A DNA stretch of 59,527 nt from Candidatus Thorarchaeota archaeon (GTDB lineage Archaea; Asgardarchaeota; Thorarchaeia; Thorarchaeales; Thorarchaeaceae), in contig JBHLQS010000003.1 in assembly GCA_048883405.1 (NCBI GenBank), positions 1-59,527 of the forward strand. The letters run 5' to 3'. A program made the position numbers and the translations under genes. The notes under the pieces were generated by a model. The model ran no database searches, was not told where the DNA came from, and worked only from the letters and a program-made list of their open reading frames with translations. How positions within the stretch are numbered: the first letter of the stretch is position 1; each line of letters starts with the position of its first letter. This document shows, piece after piece, positions 20,924 through 30,605 of the stretch.

Positions 20924-21442
20924 CTAGTATGGACTTGGCTCTGGTGAATCCTTTCTCTTGAAAAGGGCCACCAACTCCTCAATACAACGCCAGTTGCCCA
21001 TAGCTTTGCGAATCTCTAAGCGGAGGCCCTGAAGGACTTTGACTCGCCTTGGTTCCAGCCCTCTCTCAATGAACCTGCAAATCTCAATGCCCTCGCCGTC
21101 AAAATCTGTAAGGATGAGAACCTGTCCATTCCTGCCTGCTCGTGATGCAATATCATCCAGGAGTTCTGGCCTTGGCATGCCATGCTGGGTCTTCACTATG
21201 GGGGCACGAAGTCCCAGACTCCGGAGAATGCGTTCATCTCGCTTTCCCTCCACTATCACAATAATACTCTCATAGTCATCCAGCTTCTGAATGAGGCTTA
21301 TCAGTGACTTCTCATTCTCTCGCAGGCCTCGCGCGCTCTCCCTCTCTTTATCTCTCGCTCTATATATTGTTTCAACTTTGTCTTTGAGCGTTCTATCTCT
21401 GTCGTCGCTCAAGGTCTTTTCCTCAGAGAAGTCATGGTTCAA
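20924..21442 (-). CDS. Small Toprim-domain protein
   Basis: VIVEGKRD and ILTDFDGEG motifs. Confidence 0.88.
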   Translation of the reverse strand: MNHDFSEEKTLSDDRDRTLKDKVETIYRARDKERESARGLRENEKSLISLIQKLDDYESIIVIVEGKRDERILRSLGLRAPIVKTQHGMPRPELLDDIASRAGRNGQVLILTDFDGEGIEICRFIERGLEPRRVKVLQGLRLEIRKAMGNWRCIEELVALFKRKDSPEPSPY

Positions 21443-22490
21443 TAGCGACCTTCATGCTCTCTCCCTTGCTCATCATAAGAATGGCATCGGTCACCTTCTC
21501 GAGAGGCATTGTGTGAGTAATCAAGATATCGGGGTTAACATCGCCTGCGATTATGAGCTTGAGGGCTTGCTCTACATGCCTTGGTGTCAGATGAAAGACA
21601 CCTTTTATCGTGAGCTGTCCATAGTGGAATCGTACTGTGTCAATCTCGAACTTAGTTCCCGAAGCAGCACCACCAAAAAGCACGGTCATGCCAGCATCTC
21701 GGGTCATATCCACCGCCTGCTCCCAAGTTGCTGGGAGCCCAACCGCCTCAATCACAACATCTGCTCCGTAGCCCTCGGTTTCTGACTTCACTCTCTCGAC
21801 AGCATCCTCATTGGCGGGATTAATCACCACATCTGCTCCAGCTCGCAAAGCCATCTCACGTCGAAGTTTAGCTAGGTCTGACACTATGACATTGGATGCG
21901 CCACTCATCTTTGCAAGCATAATCATCATCTGTCCAATAGGTCCTGCCCCAATGATTGCTACAGTGTCACCAAGCCGGATGTTCGCTTCCTCTATCCCAT
22001 GGACAACACATGCAAGAGGCTCGGTTAAGGCAGCATCTCGAAATGAGAGGGAATCCGGAATGCGATGTGTGTTCCATTTGACTACATGCTCAGGGACTCT
22101 TACAAACTCCGCAAAGGCACCATTCACGAATGACTCCTTTAGCTTAGGACAGAGATTGAAACTACCGCGTTTGCAGAAGAAGCAGGTTCCACATGGAGCT
22201 GAGTTTGTGGCTACTACACGGTCTCCTACACTGAATCTTTCTACGTCTTCTCCAACGGAATCGACTGTCCCTGCATATTCATGACCAAAGAGCGCCGGTG
22301 TATGCTTCAAGAGGATTGGATGTCCTCTCTTGTATGTCTTAACATCTGTACCACAGGTGAGTGCATTGCCGACTTCCACCAGCAGCTCACCAGGGCCAAT
22401 TTCCGGAACATCAGTCTGTTCATATCTGACATCCCCAACTCCATGATACATTGCAGCGTTCATTCGGCGGCTCATGAGGTCAGACTCCAA
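21432..22490 (-). CDS. Zn-dependent medium-chain dehydrogenase (sorbitol/threonine DH-like)
   Basis: CGTD, GHEY, CGTCFFC..C, EPLAC, GAGPIG. Confidence 0.93.
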   Translation of the reverse strand: MESDLMSRRMNAAMYHGVGDVRYEQTDVPEIGPGELLVEVGNALTCGTDVKTYKRGHPILLKHTPALFGHEYAGTVDSVGEDVERFSVGDRVVATNSAPCGTCFFCKRGSFNLCPKLKESFVNGAFAEFVRVPEHVVKWNTHRIPDSLSFRDAALTEPLACVVHGIEEANIRLGDTVAIIGAGPIGQMMIMLAKMSGASNVIVSDLAKLRREMALRAGADVVINPANEDAVERVKSETEGYGADVVIEAVGLPATWEQAVDMTRDAGMTVLFGGAASGTKFEIDTVRFHYGQLTIKGVFHLTPRHVEQALKLIIAGDVNPDILITHTMPLEKVTDAILMMSKGESMKVAIEP

Positions 22491-22570
22491 GGCGTGATTG
22501 GATGGCCTGTTTAAATGGCTTACTGACTGACCGCAATCCTTAATCAGAACCTAGAGTCGACTTCATCAAG

Positions 22571-23038
22571 GTGCTTCTGATGAAGTTGAAAGCAAGATAT
22601 CCTGAGATTCTGGAATACACAGCCAGAAGCTCGTGGGATGGACAGACGGGCTGTACTGCCTATGTCACGAACAATCGTAAGGTTGTCATAGATACACCGC
22701 CTACATATGGTGGAAGGGGGGATGGTATCTGTCCCGATGAGCTCTTTGTGGCATCAGTCTTAGGCTGCTTTAACAACACATTCCTCGATTTTCAGCGCCG
22801 ATTCGAGATGGAACTCGTATCTCTAGATCTGAATGGCAAAGCAACTGGTAAATTTGATGGCGCGGGCTACAAGATAACTGGTATCTCTGTCTGGGGCGAG
22901 ATAGTTGTGGGTGAAGATGAGTTAGAAACTGGTGAGAGATGCCTTCAACTCATGAAGGAATACTGTCATTTGACTCGAACAATAATTGGGTGCCTTCCGA
23001 TTGACTTTGACGTGTCTGTACGCGAGGAAGTAGATTAG
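22571..23038 (+). CDS. OsmC family protein
   Basis: PPTYGG..PDELFVASVLGCF; second Cys in YCHL. Confidence 0.88.
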   Translation: MLLMKLKARYPEILEYTARSSWDGQTGCTAYVTNNRKVVIDTPPTYGGRGDGICPDELFVASVLGCFNNTFLDFQRRFEMELVSLDLNGKATGKFDGAGYKITGISVWGEIVVGEDELETGERCLQLMKEYCHLTRTIIGCLPIDFDVSVREEVD

Positions 23039-23514
23039 CCTAGGAGCCTGCTGATTCTGTCCATATACTCGTTGATGTTCTCCCATTGTCCACCCTGAAA
23101 GTAGACACTCTGACAATCATGGCAATACCAGAATGTGTCGTAATGATTGTAGGTCTGTTCATGGACAAGGTCTCTAATTCTCTCCTTTGTGGTATTATCC
23201 AGCTCCTCCAGAGTGCCATTACACTTTGAGCAACGCGAATTACTGGGATCGATGTGAGGCTGAATGTTAAACTCCTTGAAGACTCGTGCCACACGCTCAT
23301 CGACACTACCTCTTAGAAGGAGTGCATCGATTCCTCTCTGCTGAGACCGTCTGTATAGATCTGCATCAGCAGTCAGTAGGGCTCGTTTCTCTCTCTCAGC
23401 TATGCCCAATATCTCATCATCATGTATCTCTGTGGAATAGACCGTGTCGTGCCCTGTTAACCTGAGCCAGAGTGCGAGTTTGCCCAGCATTGCATCAACA
23501 ATGAACTGGGTCAT
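23035..23514 (-). CDS. Mut7-C (DUF82) PIN-like RNase domain protein
   Basis: FIVDAMLGKLALWLR..GHD, SRCSKCNG, CHDCQSVYFQG. Confidence 0.9.
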   Translation of the reverse strand: MTQFIVDAMLGKLALWLRLTGHDTVYSTEIHDDEILGIAEREKRALLTADADLYRRSQQRGIDALLLRGSVDERVARVFKEFNIQPHIDPSNSRCSKCNGTLEELDNTTKERIRDLVHEQTYNHYDTFWYCHDCQSVYFQGGQWENINEYMDRISRLLG

Positions 23515-24416
23515 AGTTTCTCACCGAAGAACAGACGGGCGGCATTCTTCCACATCACGGCTTCAATCTCATCTGGAGTTACTTGGGAGTGCCCTTCATC
23601 AAGGACCGAGTCAGGAAATTGGAGGTTGGAAAAGAAATCACTCCATTTCTTCAGGGACATGACCTGTTCGAAGAGTGGGAAGTCACTACCCCATATGACA
23701 CGATTTGGGAACACTCGCATCGCCTTCGCATCCACGACCATGCGATAGAGTCTGGATGCGTTTCTGGCTGCAAAGACCTGCCATCCTGATACATCGACAT
23801 GCACGTTGGGGTTCTTTGCAGCGACCGTCAGAGCTTCATCCACCCATGGAACTCCTACATGTGCTAAGACTATCTTGAGTCTTGGAAAGTCTACCGCCAC
23901 ACTATCCACATTGACTGGTCGTCCGAATTTGATGTGCTTGAATCTTGAAGTGAATCCCTGGTGAATTACCACTGGAACTCCCAGTTCCGTGCATAACTCA
24001 TAGTAAGGATAGAACTCCTCGTTATCAGGATAGAATCCGTTTGGTGGGTACATTTTCCATCCAGCACAGTTCTTCTCCTTGACTGCTCTTTCTAACTCCT
24101 CTAGTCCTTCCTTCCCTCTGCGAGGATCGAGTCCCACAAAGGTGAGGATATTCGGATCTCCTTTCACTTCATCTGCATGCCAGTCAGTCTTCTCTTTCAT
24201 AGTCAGCGGCATGTCTTGGCTGACTCCACTATCTATTGGAAGGATGACTGCTCTCTCTATATTTGCGTCCTTCATCGCAGCCTGCAATGCCTCGAAAGGG
24301 GAGTCTAGTTGAGGTTCTATGCCTTCCCGTTCTGCCGCTATGCGACGTGCCTCGAGGTCCTTCTCGCTGATGATATCCTTAGTCCAGGTGTGTGTATGAG
24401 CATCTATTACTCTCAA
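23511..24416 (-). CDS. Amidohydrolase_2 family protein
   Basis: IDAHTH, KMYP, VIHQG, LAHVG, WGSDFP. Confidence 0.9.
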   Translation of the reverse strand: MRVIDAHTHTWTKDIISEKDLEARRIAAEREGIEPQLDSPFEALQAAMKDANIERAVILPIDSGVSQDMPLTMKEKTDWHADEVKGDPNILTFVGLDPRRGKEGLEELERAVKEKNCAGWKMYPPNGFYPDNEEFYPYYELCTELGVPVVIHQGFTSRFKHIKFGRPVNVDSVAVDFPRLKIVLAHVGVPWVDEALTVAAKNPNVHVDVSGWQVFAARNASRLYRMVVDAKAMRVFPNRVIWGSDFPLFEQVMSLKKWSDFFSNLQFPDSVLDEGHSQVTPDEIEAVMWKNAARLFFGEKL

Positions 24417-24454
24417 CTGGTCACCACTCGACTGCCACTTGAAAACCTTTCAGA

Positions 24455-25312
24455 TTAGGCTTGCGTATTCATGTCATCCGCAGCATTTCTGAGAATCTCA
24501 ATGGTTCTCACTGGCACTGTTACACTTCCCAATGTGCCCATCCAGGACCTTCCGTGATAATCACTTCCTCCAGTCTCTATGAGATCCAGTTCCTGTGCGA
24601 CTCTTCGCAATTCTTCCAAGTTCACATCGGTTCTGGTAGGATGATAGTCATAGTCGACCTCAACACCAAGGATTCCTGCCTTCTTTAGGGTCTCAAGAAA
24701 ACTTTCTAGGTCAGGCACCTCGACGGTAAACGGATGCGCAACAACAGGCACCGCCCCCACTGACCTGATAAGATTAATCGCCTCGAACACATGCATGCGT
24801 TTCTTCTCAACATATGCAGGTTTACCCTCTCCAAGGTACAAGTCAAAGGCCTCATCGATTGATGCCACTATCCCTTTCTTCACAAGCAACGCACCAAGAT
24901 GTGGACGCCCAGGACTCTCTACTCCCTCCAGCGCCGCTTCTATCTCATCATGCTCCAGCTCTATCCCAAGATTCTGAAGTTTGTCAACCATTTTGGAAAA
25001 CTTGAACCGCCGGCGATTTCTGAGGTCTCCAAGTTTTGCATCAAGACTCTTGGATTCCAAGGGCACAAAGTACGCTAGAATGTGCACTTCTTGATTCTCG
25101 TAGTCTGCACTGAGTTCCAGACCTGGAACCCTCTGAAGGTCAGGTGTTGCCTTTGCCTCCATGAACTCCCTTAGACCCAGGACAGTGTCATGGTCTGTCA
25201 ATGCAATTCCGCCAAGATTCAACTCATCTGCTAGTCTGACCAAATCAGTTGGCGAATCCTGCCCATCCGAAATGGATGAATGGGTATGAAGGTCAGCAAG
25301 GGCTCTCGCCAT
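24455..25312 (-). CDS. PHP-domain phosphoesterase (TrpH/YciV-like)
   Basis: DLHTHSSISDG, ALTDHDT, GRPH, VAHP, GGSDYHG. Confidence 0.92.
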   Translation of the reverse strand: MARALADLHTHSSISDGQDSPTDLVRLADELNLGGIALTDHDTVLGLREFMEAKATPDLQRVPGLELSADYENQEVHILAYFVPLESKSLDAKLGDLRNRRRFKFSKMVDKLQNLGIELEHDEIEAALEGVESPGRPHLGALLVKKGIVASIDEAFDLYLGEGKPAYVEKKRMHVFEAINLIRSVGAVPVVAHPFTVEVPDLESFLETLKKAGILGVEVDYDYHPTRTDVNLEELRRVAQELDLIETGGSDYHGRSWMGTLGSVTVPVRTIEILRNAADDMNTQA

Positions 25313-25703
25313 GAGCAGCCTCTCTCCTTAACTCCTCTATCAGTCCTTTCACCTTGTGACAGACTTTTCTAATATCATTCCTGGTCAAGGTTGGCGATGC
25401 AGGACAGACGTCATCACTAACACACTTGCGTTTCTTGTAATGATATACCACTGGGAACCATCGACAACCTTCAGGCCTCGCTTCGTATATACTGCAGCTC
25501 CTAGAAGATGGGTCATAGAAATAGCAGTGGCCATCGACGTTCTTCAGTTCACAAAACCCATCTTCTATCTTATGGGAGTAGTCTGTAGTGGAATAGCCAA
25601 GAGCATTGATCCTCTCTGCATCCTCTCGTGTGATGGTCATCTCGGTCTCTTGACAGCATATCCTCACATCGGGGCAAAATCGCTTACAGTCAATGGTCAT
25701 CAA
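25293..25703 (-). CDS. YkgJ/CxxCxxCC family cysteine-cluster protein
   Basis: C..C..ICC, CYFY, CSIYEARPEGCRWFP. Confidence 0.88.
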   Translation of the reverse strand: MMTIDCKRFCPDVRICCQETEMTITREDAERINALGYSTTDYSHKIEDGFCELKNVDGHCYFYDPSSRSCSIYEARPEGCRWFPVVYHYKKRKCVSDDVCPASPTLTRNDIRKVCHKVKGLIEELRREAAHGESPC

Positions 25704-25798
25704 GTTTCATGGGTCTCCTAGCACGAGCCGTCAAGGGCTTTGGGTTCTCTTTTCGTTATGAGGTGTTGAATCACAATTCAGTGTACACTGATGAGTGG

Positions 25799-25859
25799 TC
25801 AGACTGCGGTTTAGTGGGTCATCACGTTGATGAGACGCTCACCATCCCTACTTCATCAT
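25799..25859 (-). ncRNA. Candidate box C/D guide sRNA
   Basis: Minus strand ATGATGA (C) ... CTCA (degenerate D') ... GTGATGA (C') ... CTGA (D) within 61 nt; D guide complementary to recalled 16S CUGCGGUUUA. Confidence 0.25.
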
Positions 25860-25891
25860 CATTCCACAATACCAGCCATCATTGGAGTTGC

Positions 25892-26518
25892 TTAAGACTT
25901 TCGGAGTAAATCTACTCTCCCGCTCATTACAATGAGCTTGATGATTGCTGCTATTTCTAGGATGATTAGGGAGAGTAATACTGCATCAATGCTAAGCTTG
26001 TACTCAACATTATAGAAATCATCGAGATTCTCGAATGTAAGTTCAATCCTGCGAGTTTCAGATACAAAATTCGGCACTTCTGTTGAGTTCAGCTCATAAT
26101 AAAATGTGCCAAGAAAAATACCCCATCCTATTGAGTAATACACATCGGTGCCATTTGGGAGCTCTGCAATCCAACAACCAAATCCATCTCTCTCAGAGTC
26201 GCCCATGACCGTCACAATCTGGTCGCCTATCCGGACGGAATCACCAACACTCCAAGAACTAACATTTGCCCAAACTGGAAAGCCTCTCACGTCATTATCG
26301 CTCAGGACAAGGCTTAGATTGTCCAGATCTACGGCAGCTGAGATATCATAGGTTGCATAGGCATTTTCTACCTCACTGACTGTAGAATGGTAATTGCCCT
26401 GTCGAGTGACTTGCGAGTACCGATAATTGAGATGCAGCTCTATTCCATCTGTTGTTTGAATTGGGATCATGGTGATTAATGGGAGGCAAAGCGCAATAAT
26501 GACTAGACTTGCCAGCAC
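25892..26518 (-). CDS. Membrane-anchored protein, paralog of 26883-27518
   Basis: Shared LASLVIIAL, LDNLSL, RG(F/Y)PVW.NVS.W, GIFLG; N- and C-terminal TM; codon equivalent to the paralog's TTG start is TTA. Confidence 0.75.
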   Translation of the reverse strand: MLASLVIIALCLPLITMIPIQTTDGIELHLNYRYSQVTRQGNYHSTVSEVENAYATYDISAAVDLDNLSLVLSDNDVRGFPVWANVSSWSVGDSVRIGDQIVTVMGDSERDGFGCWIAELPNGTDVYYSIGWGIFLGTFYYELNSTEVPNFVSETRRIELTFENLDDFYNVEYKLSIDAVLLSLIILEIAAIIKLIVMSGRVDLLRKS

Positions 26519-26601
26519 AAAATCTCGTTCTGTGAATGAAATCTCTAATCCCTATGTGTACTAGGAATGGAATCCTATAATGCTATCGAACCCGCAATTC
26601 G

Positions 26602-26843
26602 CTACACTCCTCCACGAATGATAAGTTGAACTCGGGAAACACTGTCTGTAAGGCCATTTGTGTCAGATCTGTTTGCGATACCGCTCATTGATACATGTGC
26701 GAGTCTTTTCCCAGTCGATCTAAGATAGGTCTGCGTTCTCATTTAGCGGCAGTATTCTGCAAACATATCAGGATGTCCTACTGTTCCGAGGAATAGGTTG
26801 CGCCCTCAATTGAATGCGCCTAGAATATCTATTTCATCATCAT
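26602..26843 (-). pseudogene. Pseudogene copy of the 80-aa gene at 27574-27816
   Basis: Translates DILGAFN*GRNLFLGTVGHPDMFAEYCR*MRTQTYLRSTGKRLAHVSM..DSVSRV; stops at 26806-08 and 26743-45; start ATGs out of frame. Confidence 0.85.
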
Positions 26844-26882
26844 TTCACAAATACAAACTAATCGCCAATTTTCTCAGGTCTT

Positions 26883-27518
26883 TCAGGCAATCAGTTCTTT
26901 TTTCTCTCTTCTATCATATGCAACAGCGAGTACTACGGATTCAATTAGAATCGCAGAGAAAAGTATCGCATCGGAGTTGTACATATACTCAACCGCATTG
27001 AAATCGTCAATATTCTGATTTGTCAGGTCGATTTCCCGTGTTTCCCACACCCATGATGTGCCTTCCGCCGAGTATGGGAACCAGTAAAAAGAACCCAGGA
27101 AGATACCAAATTCCCTATGATAGTAAATCTCTGTGCCATTTTGGTCTTCTGCCACCCAGCAATAGAATCCATGCCTGTCTTGGCTACTCAAGATCATGAA
27201 TTCTTGGCCGCCTAACTGAATTGTATCGCCCTCATTCCACATGCTCACATTAACCCAGACCGGATAGCCTCTAAACTCCTCATCTCCCAAGGCAAGACTC
27301 AAATTATCTAGAGATACGCCAACGGAGATGCTGTAGGTCTCAATTGTTTCATTCATTCTTTCGGATCCAATTTGATTGTAGAAGTGTACATATTCATAGG
27401 TCAAGTCTAGATGGATCTCTTCTGCGTGGGCTATGACCATAGTGATGAATGGGATGACGAGGGCAATTATCACTAGACTCGCCAGAACAGAATTACGACC
27501 TCTGACTGGAATCTCCAA
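26883..27518 (-). CDS. Membrane-anchored protein, paralog of 25892-26518
   Basis: Signal/TM at N-terminus, TM at C-terminus, collinear with downstream paralog. Confidence 0.8.
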   Translation of the reverse strand: MEIPVRGRNSVLASLVIIALVIPFITMVIAHAEEIHLDLTYEYVHFYNQIGSERMNETIETYSISVGVSLDNLSLALGDEEFRGYPVWVNVSMWNEGDTIQLGGQEFMILSSQDRHGFYCWVAEDQNGTEIYYHREFGIFLGSFYWFPYSAEGTSWVWETREIDLTNQNIDDFNAVEYMYNSDAILFSAILIESVVLAVAYDRREKKELIA

Positions 27519-27573
27519 TCCCCAAGTGCTTTTGCAACTGAAATCCTATAAACTCTCTCAAGTGCTTTTCTCG

Positions 27574-27816
27574 CTATGCATTTCTACGAGTTACACGCCG
27601 GATACGAGAAACGCTATCTGAGAGGTCGCTTGAATTGGGACTGGTTGCAGCATCTTTCATAGACACTTGTGTGAGCTTCTTGCCAGTCAATCTGAGATAG
27701 GTCTGGGCTCTGACTTGGCGGATGTACTCGGCAAGAGTGTCTGGATGCCCAACTGCGCCTAGGAACAGATTGCGCTGTCTGGCAAACATGCCCAGAATTC
27801 GTTCTAATAGTTTCAT
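27574..27816 (-). CDS. Small basic hypothetical protein
   Basis: Coding status supported by many synonymous differences from its pseudogene copy. Confidence 0.65.
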   Translation of the reverse strand: MKLLERILGMFARQRNLFLGAVGHPDTLAEYIRQVRAQTYLRLTGKKLTQVSMKDAATSPNSSDLSDSVSRIRRVTRRNA

Positions 27817-27948
27817 CTCTATGTTTTTGTTGACGCCAATGGTTCTAAAGGTTTTTCATCTGTCTATTTGCCTACCTCGACCTGAGCCAAAGCGCTAAAT
27901 ACTATGCACCAAATCCCCCCTCATTCCTCCTGAAGGTGAAGGACAAAA

Positions 27949-29757
27949 ATGCGCATTGCAGTTATTGATAGGGTCCGTTGCAGACCAAAGGACTGTACTC
28001 ATGAGTGTCAGAGGTTCTGCCCTATGGTCAGGACAGGCACCGAAACAGTCGTCTTCTTCGATGGCCCTGACAAACCCCCCACTATTGTGGAGTCTCTCTG
28101 CTCCGGGGCAGCAATGTGTGTGAAGAAGTGTCCCTACCATGTGATCAGCGTAGTGAATCTTCCTGAGGAACTCGATACTGACGGCAGTCACCGCTATGGC
28201 GTTAATGGATTCGAACTCTTCCGGATGCCTATTCCAAAGGAGGGGCAGGTCCTAGGGCTGATTGGTGCCAACGGCATAGGCAAGACAACGGCTATTCAAA
28301 TACTAGCCGGCGAATTGAAGCCCAATCTTGGTAATGTTGAGAGCCCTCCCGAATGGGATGAGATAATCAAACAATACCGGGGTTCAGAGTTGCAGCCATT
28401 CTTTGAGCGAATACAGGATGGCGAGATTGTACCAGTCCACAAGCCGCAGACCATAACTGACCTGCCCAAGGTCAAGGCTGTGGCTGACAAACCAATCAGT
28501 GATCTTCTGGAGGCTGCAGACTCGTCCGGTCGACTCAAGGACCTGAAGGAAGACATGAGCCTGACTGAGATATGGGACCGTCCAATCAAATTTCTCTCAG
28601 GTGGAGAACTGCAGCGAGTTGCTATGACAGCTGCAATTGTGCGGGAGGGCGATATCTACTTCTTTGACGAGCCAACTGCCTACCTTGACGTCCGCGAAAG
28701 ACTAAGAGTGGGCCGAGCAATCCGCAACCTCTCCAACCAAGGAAAGACGGTGGTCGTTGTTGAGCACGACCTTTCAATTCTCGATTACGTTTCAGATCTG
28801 GTCTGCATTTTCTATGGCAAACCAGGTGCTTATGGAATTGTATCTCATCCCCATGGAACTAGAGTTGGCGTGAACATCTTTCTCGATGGTTATATCCCTG
28901 ATGAGAACATGAGGTTTCGAGACACCGCAATCTCATTCAAAGGCATGACTGGAGAAGATGAGGAGTTTAGGAGCTCAGAGACCCTTATTGAGTATGGCGA
29001 CCTGAAGAAGGAGTTCGAAGACTTCACACTTGAAGTGAAAGGTGGGCGTGTGAATAGAGGACAGATAATAGGCATCCTTGGACCTAACGGGATTGGAAAG
29101 ACGACCTTTGTCCGGATGCTAGCCGGGGAGCTGGAGTCCAGTGAGGGAGAAGTTCCGAAAAAGACTGTTTCTGGCTTTGATCTAAAAGTAGCATACAAAC
29201 CGCAGTACATTGAGGCAGACTATCCTGGAAATGTCAGGATGTATCTACGTGAGGCTGGTGGTTCCACAGTAGATAGCGCAGACTTCAGAACCTCAGTCTT
29301 GAGAAAACTCGAGCTCGAAGACTTGATGGACCATGCAGTGGCTAAGCTGTCTGGCGGCGAGCTTCAGCGGGCAACAATAGCACGAACTCTAGCCCAAGAT
29401 GCAGATATCTACTTGTTCGATGAACCCTCAGCATTCCTAGACATTGAGCAAAGATTAGCCAGTTCAAGAGCTATCCGCAGGACCATTCAGACTCAGATGA
29501 AGACTGCATTTGTTGTTGAGCACTCAATTCTCATGGCGGACTATCTGAGCGATAGTATGGTGGTATTTGGCGGAGTGCCTGGGAGGAAGGGAATTGCATC
29601 ATCCGTCACTACACTTCGTCGTGGAATGAATGCATTCTTGAAACAGATGGCTGTCACCTTTAGACGAGACCCTCAGACCGGTAGGCCGCGAGTCAACAAG
29701 GCTGGAAGCGTCAAGGATGAGGAGCAGAAACGATCGGGAGATTACTACTACGAGTAA
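27949..29757 (+). CDS. rli: Ribosome recycling ATPase ABCE1/Rli1
   Basis: MRIAVID..C.P..C, Fe-S domain, two NBDs (GANGIGKT, GPNGIGKT, LSGGELQR twice), TFRRDPQTGRPRVNK. Confidence 0.97.
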   Translation: MRIAVIDRVRCRPKDCTHECQRFCPMVRTGTETVVFFDGPDKPPTIVESLCSGAAMCVKKCPYHVISVVNLPEELDTDGSHRYGVNGFELFRMPIPKEGQVLGLIGANGIGKTTAIQILAGELKPNLGNVESPPEWDEIIKQYRGSELQPFFERIQDGEIVPVHKPQTITDLPKVKAVADKPISDLLEAADSSGRLKDLKEDMSLTEIWDRPIKFLSGGELQRVAMTAAIVREGDIYFFDEPTAYLDVRERLRVGRAIRNLSNQGKTVVVVEHDLSILDYVSDLVCIFYGKPGAYGIVSHPHGTRVGVNIFLDGYIPDENMRFRDTAISFKGMTGEDEEFRSSETLIEYGDLKKEFEDFTLEVKGGRVNRGQIIGILGPNGIGKTTFVRMLAGELESSEGEVPKKTVSGFDLKVAYKPQYIEADYPGNVRMYLREAGGSTVDSADFRTSVLRKLELEDLMDHAVAKLSGGELQRATIARTLAQDADIYLFDEPSAFLDIEQRLASSRAIRRTIQTQMKTAFVVEHSILMADYLSDSMVVFGGVPGRKGIASSVTTLRRGMNAFLKQMAVTFRRDPQTGRPRVNKAGSVKDEEQKRSGDYYYE

Positions 29758-30402
29758 TCATTCTTTTACAGCAACTGTGCAGCCCTCACCAATTGGCAAG
29801 AGAGTGCTAAAGACCCCTGCTTCGAGAATCATCTGGTTAAATTCATGAATTGCTCTGAAGGAGTCAGTCCAATCCCTCTTCTCCCTAATAACCGGGAAGA
29901 GTGTGTCATCTATTAGAAAGAGTCCTCCCTTCTTCAAGACTCTCACACAATCTTCTAGCATTACAGGATAGAGCCTCTTGGAAGCGTCTTGAAATACCAC
30001 ATCAAAGGACTCTGACTCAAGAGTCCTAATCATCTCGTTCGCATCTCCGATCTTAATATCTATGACATCATGAACATTGTAATGTTTGAACGCCCTCTTT
30101 GCTGCTGGAACTATGTTCTCATCGATCTCCAATGCAGTGATTCGTCCTCCATGGTCCTTTACTGCAAGTGCCATTGATGTTGTTGAATACCCAATGCTCA
30201 TTCCAATCTCAAGGATTCTCATTGGTTTAGTCAGTTTTAGAAGAAGTTTGAAGAGATGAGCCATTTCATCTTCGATCACTGGTTCAAACTCATCAATTCC
30301 CAGAAACTCGATATATTCACTTACAGTAGGGCTGTATGCTTCCTCATACAGTTCCCCAATGTACGATAGTGCATCACTTAGGTCAAAATATGCTTCGGGC
30401 AT
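29758..30402 (-). CDS. O-methyltransferase (Methyltransf_3 family)
   Basis: ILEIGMSIGYS, FDVVFQDASK, LKKGGLFLIDD, PIGEG. Confidence 0.9.
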   Translation of the reverse strand: MPEAYFDLSDALSYIGELYEEAYSPTVSEYIEFLGIDEFEPVIEDEMAHLFKLLLKLTKPMRILEIGMSIGYSTTSMALAVKDHGGRITALEIDENIVPAAKRAFKHYNVHDVIDIKIGDANEMIRTLESESFDVVFQDASKRLYPVMLEDCVRVLKKGGLFLIDDTLFPVIREKRDWTDSFRAIHEFNQMILEAGVFSTLLPIGEGCTVAVKE

Positions 30403-30605
30403 ACTCTGGTTTACGCCTCAGTAGCAATATGTTTGTCTAAAGGGACATTCAGCTGTAACTAATAGGAATCTCATTTCACTTCTAAATTGCTGCGGACTGG
30501 GGGTTAGCGACAAATCACTAGTGCCAGCTAAGTTAGCTTCTCTTGCAGTCATTCCTCGGAAGATTCAAGATGTCGTCTCATTTGAGTTCTGCTTGAGGTA
30601 GAGGC

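Noticed and set aside
25761-25778. GGTGTTGAATCACAATT resembling antisense to 16S AAUUGGAUUCAACGCC
   Set aside because: Needs a bulge and a G-U pair; no convincing C/D or H/ACA frame on the plus strand
25788-25840. Hammerhead ribozyme (CTGATGAG)
   Set aside because: No stem II followed by GAAA
26602-26843. Selenocysteine readthrough of the in-frame TGA
   Set aside because: TGA aligns to Arg, and the frame also has a TAA and a frameshift
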